Assembly: GCA_951406725.2 (NCBI GenBank)
Contig: OX597817.1
Coordinates: forward strand, 29,016,001 to 29,080,000
DNA from: Octopus vulgaris
Taxonomy: Eukaryota
Direction of reading: 5' to 3'
Length of the DNA: 64,000 bases
The notes beneath the pieces are model-generated. The model made no database searches. It saw nothing but the letters and a program-made list of their open reading frames with translations, and was not told the origin of the DNA. How positions within the stretch are numbered: position 1 is the stretch's first letter; every line of letters starts with the position of its first letter. Of the stretch, positions 53,049 through 64,000 are shown piece by piece. The translations under genes were made by a program, and so were the position numbers.

Positions 53049-54006
53049 TATATATATGTTTATATTTTTTTAAATTTTATTATGTAAATATATGCATGAG
53101 TAAATAAATTTACGTGTATGTCTCTCTCTCTCTCTCTCTCTCTACTCACAAACTAATTCATATATTAGTAGCAAGCTAGATAGACTACCTCATGGTGTTT
53201 ATTCCAACTCACTGTTCTTGAAGTTCAAATCACACCAAGATTTCATTTGTCTTTCATTTTTCAAGGTTCATAAAAAGGGGCCAGTCCAAATTTTGAAACT
53301 CTCAGAGCATTTGGAAAGATATCATTTGATATCCATTCAAACTCTTAGCAACATGAAAATGGAACATGAGATGACACTCCTCTCAAGCTATATAGGCCCT
53401 ATATGACTGAATGTTTTCCTGAATAACATTAGTGGCATATGGAAGAGTAGCTTGCAGAATTTATTCATGTGCTTAGAAATTTGTAAGCAGGTGTGTATAT
53501 TTAGATGTGTCAGCTTCAGGTCATGGATTAATTGGTAGTGGTTCACTAAAAAGAAGTGGGTAGGTAGAGGAAGTTTTTTGGTCAGTGGATGTATCATAAG
53601 TTTTAATTATTATTGGTTTGATTGGATTTAATTCTTTGCTTTGGCAACGTAAAGGTCAAAGTTCTAAGTTTAGTTCTACAGCCATAAACCAGATGTGATA
53701 CTTTCAAGCTTTCCCCCTTTCAGCCATTTCTCATGAATTTTGTTATCAAGAGACAATAATATAACAACAGCAATAACATTTATTGTGTGTGCATATCTCT
53801 CTCTCTCTCTCTCTCTCTCACTCTCTCTCTCACTCTATACATACACACCCACATACAAATATGTACATACATATGTTTATATAGGTATGCAAGCACACAC
53901 TCGTGCATAGATACATGCAGATACATGGTGTTTCTCTGTATCAGTGAGGCATATTATGTAGAAAATTGATAAGGTGTGGAGTGATCTTGCTGTTAGGAGC
54001 AAAAGT

Positions 54007-54389
54007 GGAGGCACAATGGCCCAGTGGTTAGGGCAGTGGACTCGCGGTCATAGGATCGCGGTTTCGATTCCCAGACCGGGTGTTGTGAGTGTTTATTGAG
54101 CGAAAACACCTAAAGCTCCACGAGGCTCCGGCAGGGGATGGTGGTGATCCCTGCTGTACTCTTTCACCACAACTTTCTCTCACTCTTACTTCCTGTTTCT
54201 GTTGTACCTGTATTTCAAAGGGCCGGCCTTGTCACTCTCTGTGTCACGCTGAATATCCCCGAGAACTACGTTAAGGGTACACGTGTCTGCGGAGTGCTCA
54301 GCCACTTACACGTTAATTTCACGAGCAGGCTGCTCCGTTGATTCGGATCAACCAGAACCCTCAACGTCGTAACCGACGGAGTGCTTCCA
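54007..54389 (+). mobile_element. SINE family D, full length
   Basis: tggcccagtggttagg (A box), ggtttcgattccc (B box). Confidence 0.9.
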
Positions 54390-54659
54390 GGAGCAAAAAC
54401 TCAATTTTGGACATGGAAAAGTTGAAGAGAGGGAAATTAATGAGAAACCGCTAAGTTTTACAAACTTTAAGTTAAAACAAAATTGGCTGCAACTAATAAG
54501 AAACACAGGATCATGTGAGCATCATACCCTAAGTGGTAGGAGAAACAATATAAGAAAGAAGAAGGAAGAAATAATGGACTGAGGAGAAGCAGGCAAAATC
54601 AAGAGTGAGACAAGGAGAAAAGATGAGAGAGGGGAGTTGAAATATAAGAAAGGGTTTAA

Positions 54660-54880
54660 CTCTTTAGTGTTAGCATAATTCTGCCAAAATTAATGCTTTT
54701 TTATCCATATTGTTTTGAACTAATCATACATTATCTTGTAGCTATGAGATTTTAATGAGGTAGCTGTTAATTTTTTAAACGATTTTGTAGGGTTGGTGTG
54801 AAAGACCAGATCTGGCCATTTTGAACATAAAACAGGCAGAATACTTTTGGCCGGATATGGCCGGTTTAAATGCTAAAGGG
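54660..54880. mobile_element. piggyBac-type MITE
   Basis: TTAA|ctctttagtg ... tgctaaaggg|TTAA. Confidence 0.75.
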
Positions 54881-55420
54881 TTAAAGAATTAGAGGTGAAG
54901 GAGCAGAATGAAAAACATTCATCTAAGCCCGTCTGTAATATGATGCCAAGTTTGAATATGAAACTTTGCTCCTTCCATTTCCTTGAGAATGTGGATTCAC
55001 GGTGTGTGTGAAAATGCCACACATTGATGAGTGAGGGATTGGCCTGTGGTGTTGAAGTGGGTAGTGGACAGGTTGGTCAGACATATGCAGTTGTATGCTT
55101 CAAATATGCTTTCAAAAGTGATCTGCAAAGCATTGCCTTGTCCCCCCAAATGTAAAGTACACTGCAAAATTCGTATATGATGCAATATATAAGGTTAGAC
55201 AATGTCCAACAGATGTTTGGAGTTATAAGATGTTCTGCCTTAGGCCCAGTGATGGTTGTAGTATTCTTAATGAAGGTACAGGTGTTGCATCATTGGTGAT
55301 ACAGTTTAAATATGAGAGGCTGGGCACTACAGAACATCATACTAGATTTTCAAGGTTATCTCTTCTAAAGGTGAGGATAAGTGGTTCTGGGAAAGATAGG
55401 ATACTTGATAATTTAGATAT

Positions 55421-55474
<54 letters not shown>

Positions 55475-55915
55475 GTCCTCAGGTGCTACTTAAGAAGCAC
55501 CTGTATTGGTGCTGTGTCATGTGCAAAGCAACCAGCACACTCTGTTAAGTGGTTGGCAATAGGAAGGGCATCCAGCCATCGAAACCATGGCTCAACAGAT
55601 AGCTAGAGTCTGGACAGCTTCCTACTGTCTAGCTCCATGTCAAACCGTCCAACCCATGCCAGGATGGAAAGCAGACTTTAAACGATTATGATGATGATGA
55701 TATATCTTTATACACACATACATGCACTAAACACATTTAGTAGTGTTATATATATTATTTAAAACAGTCTGATTTGGCCCCATGCAACTGAAAGTTTCAT
55801 ACGCTCATCACAGGGAGCTAGTCCATCAGGCTTAGGCAGCCAGTTCAACTGCCTTGGTTGAATCAAACGGTTTTTAATAATAATAATAACAATAATAATA
55901 ATAATAATAATAATA

Positions 55916-56275
55916 AGACCTGCTAATGGAAATTGAAAAAATGTGGCATCTCAAGGTGACTACAGTACCAGTGATTGTAGGATCTCTAGGAATGATAAAA
56001 AAAAGGCACTGAAACCTATTTGAAAATGATTCCAGGCTACAGGAAGTGCAAAAAATCGTATTAACTGGAACGGTTCATGTACTGAGAAGAGCACTATCGC
56101 TTGAAAATAACATCCATCCATGACTTTATTTATTTATTAATTTTTAAATACATATGTTATTTGTGAATTTGCGCACGTAATCTGGGAATGCATACAATGC
56201 CCTTCTCTGCCCTAGGTGTATGGAAAACACTCGGCGAGAAACGGAAGAAAGAAGGAAAAAACATAATATGATTAA
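55916..56275 (+). mobile_element. R4/Dong-like LINE 3' fragment in a (TAA)n tract
   Basis: DLLMEIEKMWHLKVTTVPVIVGSLGMI..QEVQKIVLTGTVHVLRRALS directly after (aat)n. Confidence 0.8.
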
Positions 56276-56835
56276 TATTATTATATAGATCGATAGATTA
56301 TTCTTTAACACCCAAATACAAACAGATGACACCCTAAATAACATCAGCAACAAGTAAAGAAATTTTCTGAACAGCTAAAACACACCACCTACCAAGATTC
56401 TTTTGTGAACCCTTAAAAAGTCCATTACAAGATTACTAAGACTTTTAAGTGCTGAACTAAACTTAGAACTTTGACCTTTACGTTGCCAAAGCAAAGAATT
56501 AAATCCAATCAAACCAATAATTCAAACTTATGACACATCCACTGACCAAAAAACTTCCTCTACCTACCCACTTCTTTTTAGTGAACCACTACCAATTAAT
56601 CCATGACCTGAAGCTGACACATCTAAATATACACACCTGTTTACAAATTTCTAAGCACATGAATAAATTCTGAACGGCATAAACTCAAATTCAATCAATA
56701 AAATTTTCTCAACAACACCTTACTATCACAGCTTAATTTGAAGTTTGATCACCATTCAACTGAACACCACAAATCCGTGCAAAAATTTTATCTCAACAGA
56801 GACTGTATAAACCCATATGATTAACTTAATGCATC

Positions 56836-56880
56836 ACAGTCTAATGAAGGTTTAGCTGGCTGATACTTCGAAGTCACTGT
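56836..56880 (+). ncRNA. Degenerate hammerhead motif
   Basis: acagt-CTAATGA-..-GATAC-ttcgaa-GTC^-actgt: perfect helix I, palindromic helix III, two core mutations. Confidence 0.45.
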
Positions 56881-57298
56881 CAATACTATTGTTAAAGATT
56901 AATAAACTTTTACTCTACAAAGGCATGGAGTCACCCTTAAGATTATTGTAAAATTGTTTTTATCGTAAGTGAACATAAAAACAAATACTAATATATATAT
57001 ATGGTGAGGGTGCATGGCTTCGCATTTAGGATATTGTACTCATGATTGCTAGATTGTGATTTCAATTTCTAGACAAGGTGATGCTTTATGTTCTTGAACA
57101 AAACATTTTATCTTACATTGCTCTGCAATCACTTCAACTCCTGATGAGTGGTACACCATGCACCTGTTCAAACAACACCAACTTGATGGGGAGAGTAAGT
57201 TAATGTGTTGCACAGACATTTGACCATTATAAACAAATCATTTGTGCAGTTCGTTTGGCAAAAGTTGAATGCTCATACATCATCTTCAACAGCAGAGT

Positions 57299-57350
<52 letters not shown>

Positions 57351-58265
57351 ATCTAAACTATCCAATCTTATTGTCTTTGCAATATAGGAATAATTATTAT
57401 GATATCCAATATCATATGCCTTTCAAATTGAATTTGTTTTCATTGCTTTCATATTCTGGAATCGTTTAACTGAGCTGTTGGCTTTGATGAGAGTATATGG
57501 TCAGATGTGTAAATGCAACTATAATAATAGGTTAGGATTTTAAGAATGTAGTTTCCTATTTTCATGAATTAAGAATATTAATAAGTCTTAAAATAGGTTT
57601 GATAGATTTTAAATCCAACTATATAGAGATAAAATAAGTTTAGTGGTTTGTTAAGTCAGCTATGGTGATAAAATAGGATTGTTGAAGTATTAATTCTATA
57701 GTAGTGATAATGCAGAATTACCGTTATCTGAAATAATCTGTAGTGATGTAATGGAATTCTTAAAGGGTAAAACCAGCCAGGGTTATAAAATTGGATTGTA
57801 AACTAGTAGGTTAACTATTGTACTTGGAATAGAGATGATCATACAAATATTGCTTAGGTCATAATCAAAAGAAGTAGAGTTTGTTTCTTACATTTTTTAT
57901 GCCTTTGGAAGCAATAAGTAGATAAAACTCAATTAATTTTCACAGACCTTCAGACACATGATGAATATCTTGAGAAATGCACCAGCATAGGAATGAATCT
58001 TGTGGAAATAAATTGATCTTAGATGATAAAGATTAGCAAGTTTGTAGTTAATAGAACTTAGATTCATGGCACTTGTATATTAATGAGGTGAGGTTCTGTT
58101 AGCAATTTATCAATGAATACTGAAATGGATTAATTCTATAAGAAATCACAATCAATGTGGGTTTTTTTTTTTTTAATGTTCACATATTATTGCAGCAATA
58201 AGTGATCTTATATAAATGTTCATTTCTGTGTTTACAAGCTCTTTTAATAACAATGTCTTTATATA

Positions 58266-58319
<54 letters not shown>

Positions 58320-58328
58320 ATATATATA

Positions 58329-58486
58329 GGGGAAGAATTCACTAAAAAAACAAAAGATGAAGACAGGTGGTGTAGACAACAAACAGATGTATTAGTTTAA
58401 CGCTCGGGAACTGAAAAAGTCTTTAATGTTTCGAGCCTACACTCTTCCACAGAAAGGAACACAGAGAGAAACAATGTCTTTATATA

Positions 58487-58545
<59 letters not shown>

Positions 58546-58735
58546 GAAGAAATCACTAAAAAAACAAAAGATGAAGACAGGTGGTGTAGACAACAAACAG
58601 ATGTATTAGTTTAACGCTCGGGAAGTGAAAAAGTCTTTAATGTTTCGAGCCTACACTCTTCCACAGAAAGGAACACAGAGAGAAACAAGGAGAGAAAATA
58701 AAGAATGTGTTGTCGCTAGTGATCCATCATGCTTT
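58329..58735 (-). mobile_element. Tandem (214-bp period) short element with HHR-like motif (CUGUGGA core)
   Basis: Motifs at 58421-58456 and 58635-58670: cttt-CTGTGGA-a-gagt gtag gctc-GAAA-ca-TT-aaag on minus strand. Confidence 0.6.
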
Positions 58736-59295
58736 TATATATATGTATATAAAAGCATATATATATATATATATATATCAGTTCATCATTTTCTATGTAA
58801 TAAATGTGGAGCTTCATCCACCACTGTTTTCCGTCAGCATTCACAAATAGCAACACTTAAATCTTTAATATTAACTGTAATATTTCAACTGTCACTGTTA
58901 GATTGCATACAATATAAGCATCTTATATTATAAATTTCACACTATTTTAGTAAGACTTCAGTTACCAATATTTACTGTAAAATTGACAGCGTTGTCTCCT
59001 TTAATAAACATAGAATCATTAACCTAACAATATTATTGTATCAGATATTTTACGATGTGTATGTACTGTTAGGAAATCTTCCTAGGTTTTCAAGCAAATA
59101 GTTTCTTCACATTGTACTGGGGATATCGTTCTATTGATCTTAAGTTTCTTCCTTGTCGTTATTTTTTGTTTTGTTATCGTCTTGTGTATCGATGTTTGTG
59201 GTGATTCTGTTTCTGACTAAGTGTTGTATATTGTATTACAGGAATAGGCATGACTGGAGAGGGCCTGAATACATGTCTTCTATGTTGTGTTCCAG

Positions 59296-59424
59296 GGATA
59301 GGCATGACTGGAGAAGTTTTGATGATCCACAACATTTCCCGTTACTGTAATGGCCTCTATGAGTGTGTTGCAGACAACGGGGTAGCTAACGCAGTCAGCC
59401 ATGTAATCAAAGTTACGGTTTTCT
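59296..59424 (+). CDS. Internal coding exon, C-terminal half of the same Ig domain
   Basis: ttccag acceptor (AG 59294-95), gtaagt donor at 59425; 129 nt, phase 1-1, joins upstream exon in frame: RIGMTGEVLMIHNISRYCNGLYECVADNGVANAVSHVIKVTVF (L-x-I-x-N, G-x-Y-x-C-x-A-x-N). Alternative in-frame acceptor at 59242. Confidence 0.9.
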
Positions 59425-59699
59425 GTAAGTAATTATTTTTACTACTTTTCTCTCTTTCTCTCGCTCTCTCTCATACTCTCTTTCTCTCTCTCTCCCTATC
59501 TGTTTTGCTTTCTTTGTTTCTCTCATTTTTTTGTCTATTTTCAGTTTTACTCAAAAGAACTTAATAAAGCCACATAAGTGATGAAAACAATAAATATATA
59601 CTTTTTAGTTAAAAATGCAGTAAAAAGAAATAATTAGCAGATCTGCTATCAAACATTCTAAATTTTTCTGTATAAACTTTCTATTTTTATTCACATATT

Positions 59700-60092
59700 G
59701 GCGCAGGAGTGGCTGTGTGGTAAGTAGCTTGCTTACCAACCACATGGTTCCAGGTTTAGTCCAACTGCGTGGCATCTTGGGCAAGTGTCTTCTGCTATAG
59801 CCCCGGGCCGACCAATGCCTTGTGAGTGGATTTGGTAGACGGAAACTGAAAGAAGCCTGTCGTATATATGTATATATATATGTGTGTGTATGTGTTTGTC
59901 CTCCTAGCATTGCTTGACAACCGATGTTGGTGGGCTTACGTCCCCGTCACTTAGCGGTTCGGCAAAAGAGACCGATAGAATAAGTACTGGGCTTACAAAG
60001 AATAAGTCCCGGGGTCGATTTGCTTGACTAAAGGCGGTGCTCCAGCATGGCTGCAGTCAAATGACTGAAACAAGTTAAAGAAAGAAAGAAAG
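59700..60092 (+). mobile_element. SINE family A
   Basis: Consensus match. Confidence 0.9.
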
Positions 60093-60575
60093 AATATTCT
60101 TCTATCATAGTAAACTACAAGGCTTCAGGAGAAACATTTTACAGCTAGTAAATAAGAATGTTGATGTATATTATGAAACTTTAAAACTAACTCTAATTTT
60201 TAGCAGTTGATGTGTATTATTTCTTGTGAGAGGAAATAGAGAAAGGAAATGGTAGATATAACTGAACTATCAACAACTAAATTGTTTTCAATCTTCAGCT
60301 GATTAATTAGCAACTGAATAGTTAATAACAAAATAATGCAAATTAGATTTCAACTGGATGGAGTGTAGTACAGGAAATTTGTGTTTTTAATAATGCCTGT
60401 TTTTTCTCCCTGTTTGTCTGTCTGTCCCCCTTCTCTCTTTCTCTCTCAATACACACATTTTTATACTAGACTTGTAGGGTATATATTTCTGGGTTTTACT
60501 ATTACACAGATGTTACTTTTAAAGGACTGAAATCCAGGACGCAAGTACTGTACACCTACAAATGATATTGTAGAT

Positions 60576-60794
60576 CAGTGGTTTTCAACCAGGGTTCCGC
60601 AGAACCTTAGGTTTCCACCAGTACAGTCCAGGGGTTCTGCAAGAAGTTACAAAACTGCTAAAGTTGGCAGTAATTTTTAATTTTCCTGTGCAGATATGTG
60701 TGCATAAGACTATTAAATTATTGCACAGGGGTTCCCCAAGCCAGTGGAATGTTTCCTTGGGGTTCCGCTCCAGCAAAAAGTTTGAAAAGCACTG
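60576..60794. mobile_element. hAT (Charlie-like) MITE
   Basis: TIR cagtggttttcaa / ttgaaaagcactg; 8-bp TSD ttgtagat. Confidence 0.9.
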
Positions 60795-61643
60795 TTGTAG
60801 ATGAATAAAGAAAAAAATAAGGAATTAGAGTAATATCAATAATTAGCCATTATGCACATCAAAATATTTGTCTTACTAAGTAAATATGGCCCCCAAGAGT
60901 TCTTACAGATATTTGCATGTGATGTTTTGCTTGTTTCCATCATATTTGAATACTACATTTGTCAAGGATGCATTCATTGCAGGGCTAAATCATTACAGAA
61001 ATTTTATTTCTGGCCTGGCACTTCAGCACAGTTTAAGACTATAAATATTAAAATGAAATTTATAGGGAGTGAATTTAAATTCGTATCTTTAATTTATGCA
61101 TATCAAACTGAAGTAGAAATTTAATATGGCTTTAAATTACAATTACATGGTAAATTTTATACATTTCAAATTCAAAAGTTCATCAAAAATCATGCAAAAC
61201 CATGCTGTTCTTCATTTTCAGCACCAAATAAACTTTCACAGTCATCTGAGTGAAATGCATCATTTTACAGATCCACTTTCATGATTGCTATTCTTTATCA
61301 CCTGCTGTTGTATATCTCTGCTACTTCTTCACCAACATCATCCTATGGATAATTGTCTTCTACACAATCAAATTCATTAATAATTCTACATTTCTTGAAT
61401 GATTTGATAATAATATTAGTTTTTATTTACTGCTATATATTAATGCTCTATTCACTGATCATATATTGTGATGGAACCTACAAATTGCCTCCCTTTTTCC
61501 TTGTGTTTTTTTTCCCGCAATAGCATAAAGCTTGCTCATTCTGTTTGCGTCCACCAATAGTTTATTGATATTAATATCTACTGTTTGCAAAATAACTTAT
61601 AAATCTGCCAAGAATTGCCATTACCTATGTTTGCAAATTAAAT

Positions 61644-61810
61644 CAGGGCTGTGGAGTCAAAACAAAAAAACTTTGACTCTGACTCCGACTCCTTTACTGT
61701 TGGCACCTCCAACTCCTACTCCTCTATGTTATTAAGTGATTGTGGTCTATTTTATCGACTCCAACTCCAGCTACCCATTAATTGTTTCTGACTCCAACTG
61801 CGCAGCCGTG
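61644..61810. mobile_element. hAT MITE with (gactcc)n internal repeats
   Basis: cagggctgtggagt / actgcgcagccgtg; 8-bp TSD aattaaat. Confidence 0.85.
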
Positions 61811-64000
61811 AATTAAATAGTTGCAATTTGAATGGTACAAGTATTTTTTCTGGAAGGCATTTTCTCAGAAAATAACAAAAAAATTAAAATCCCAAGCTAC
61901 ACATCTGAATCCCACAATTACTCTACTGAAACTAACGTCAGTTATTCTAACAAGTGACACTGCGTCTAACCTAGCTTTGAAATGACTTTTAACCAGTCTC
62001 CCTAACCACTGAAGCTAACAGAAACAGATAACTATAACACTGGTTAATTGAGACAAAACCATCTTTTTTTCAGCCATCAGATATCTTAGAGCTATATTAT
62101 ATAGTGTGTAGTTTCTTTGATAAGATGATAGTGCAAAGTTAGGGGAAGAGTTGGCTGCTGTTTCACGTCACTAAAAATGAATTGTGTCTATGGTCATAGT
62201 TCGTAGCTATCCTGACACAGTCTCTTTTGCTAAGAATAATCCTTTCACAAGACAGTTCACAGTGCAGTTCACATGAGAACACACTAATAGATATTGTGGT
62301 AGACTGTTGAGCTGAATTTTAAAGTTTTATAATGGGTTTGATTCCTGCTAGAAGTCTTTATGCTCTAACCCTGTTTTATGAATTCTGTGACCTACACACC
62401 TATGTGGAATTCATGTAAATGTATCATCATCGTATGGCTTTATTACATTTTTTTCTATTATAGTTTATATTTTATTGGCCAGAGTTACATCAGAGTTTAC
62501 AAAACATGGAAGTTTTACTGAGGCATTATTTGTAAGAAATTGAATGAACTAATACATTCTTCGTCATCATTGAACTTTTTGGCTGGTAGATCGGCCCTGT
62601 TGTCTCTTAAGGGTTAAGATTGTTGCCATAGATATTTCATATAAATGTGTAGAAAATAACATGTTTGTGTGTATATATGTGTGTAAAAATAACCTTATAT
62701 GTATTATCCATTACAGTACAATATCATGAGCAGCTGAGTAGTTTTTTGTTGTTGTTGTTGTTGTTGACTGAGTGGACCTATGATCAAAATTATTCCAGTC
62801 AGATCCCACATTTTTTTTCTTTTTCCCAGCACCTAACACCCTGGGCTATATTGTCAAATGTCTTCTTTTTCAAGATCCTATACTTTATAGTGTGTGAAAT
62901 TTGGCTATTTCTTGCTAGTCAAGTGACAACACAAAGGGTCGCTTGTTAGCTCATCATCATCATTGTGACTTCAGTTACATAGACTTTCAAGTGCAATTAG
63001 TCATAACAAAAGCACTGCTTCTGCATGCTACCACTGGATGTGTATTCATAGCCATGTTATACAAATTAGGAGAATGTTATATAAATGTTAGAATTCTGTT
63101 AATCAAAATATCATTGTTTATGTTAATATTTCTTAAGGATGTAATTTCCAAGCAAATGGAATCAGTTGTTTGATTACTTACTAGGCAAATACCTTGAGAA
63201 AGAGATGATCACTGACATTGTCTTCTCACATTTCCATTATATCTGAGCTTTCATGGTTAATTGATAAATCTTTATTGGTGTAGAGAATTATGAAATTATT
63301 ATTTAATCATTGTATCATATTTTAAGCAATATAATTCTTTAACTATTTCATGACTGCTGATGCTGGCAGTGCCAATATGTCATCAAATAACTACAGTGCC
63401 TGTGTAAAAATGAAGCTGTCAGTGAATGTAATAAGGACAAATTAGAATATAGTTATTTACAACTGATTTGTTTTCCATAAATTTTGTATGTTCTCGTACA
63501 GACATGAATGGAATTATAGGAATTGGTTTTTTTTCCTCCTTAAATATTGGTATTTCTTTGTACATGCTTTCTTTATGAAGGTTTTAGTACAAAACCGCTA
63601 TAATACGGTGACTGAGTGCAATCTATCCACATAACCATATGGCTGCAATTATCCTTCTTACAAAGGTATAGACACAAAATACCGCTTTGATGGTAAAAAT
63701 TAATAAAGGAAATAGAAAGCAAGTACCTTTTATCCTGCAATAAAAAGAGACAGTTTTTCTAAGAATAATTGCAGTATTAGATGATAAGTAAAAAGCAACT
63801 TCCATGAAATATCAAAGCCAACTTAACCATCATACAATCAACAGTAAATAGATAAATAAAATAAATTAATAACATTGACTTTCTAAAGCTATGTAGGAAG
63901 TGTATAACACTTCCCCTAATTGCTGAGAAATCAATATATTTATCCAAAATATATTGATCTTTCCAAAATTATTCTTTGCAGATATAAATATTTTTGAAAA

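Larger units (their letters stand above)
53455..56672. repeat. Dispersed near-identical inverted repeat pair (53455-53676 / 56454-56672)
   Basis: ~220 bp reverse-complement match with few differences, 2.8 kb apart. Confidence 0.9.

Noticed and set aside
54007-54080. tRNA-like heads (also 2017, 37268, 43675) as tRNA genes
   Set aside because: No complete cloverleaf; they continue into multicopy SINE bodies

Overview
AT-rich, microsatellite- and repeat-dense eukaryotic DNA. The SINE/MITE repertoire looks like an octopod cephalopod; this is an inference from repeat families, not verified. Only two host coding exons are supportable (47684-47833 and 59296-59424, + strand). Together they encode one Ig domain of a lachesin/IgLON/DIP-like cell-adhesion protein; the rest is intronic or intergenic. 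Almost all listed ORFs are spurious translations of SINEs and microsatellites. Mobile DNA includes several tRNA-derived SINE families, piggyBac- and hAT-type non-autonomous elements with TIRs/TSDs, Helitron-like elements, RTE and R4/Dong LINE fragments, and a Penelope-type GIY-YIG fragment. The most notable signal is a set of minimal type-I hammerhead-ribozyme (HHR) motifs in about five unrelated short repeat families, found by eye from core consensus plus base pairing. They include a family with a swapped G3-C8 core (GUGAACA), a rod-shaped family with covarying hairpins, a tRNA-headed palindromic family and an A6U-core family. This suggests a diverse Penelope-dependent retrozyme-like system. 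A tandem-duplicated, in-frame splice acceptor also precedes the second Ig exon. No folding or database searches were run; pairings were checked manually and many repeat boundaries are approximate.
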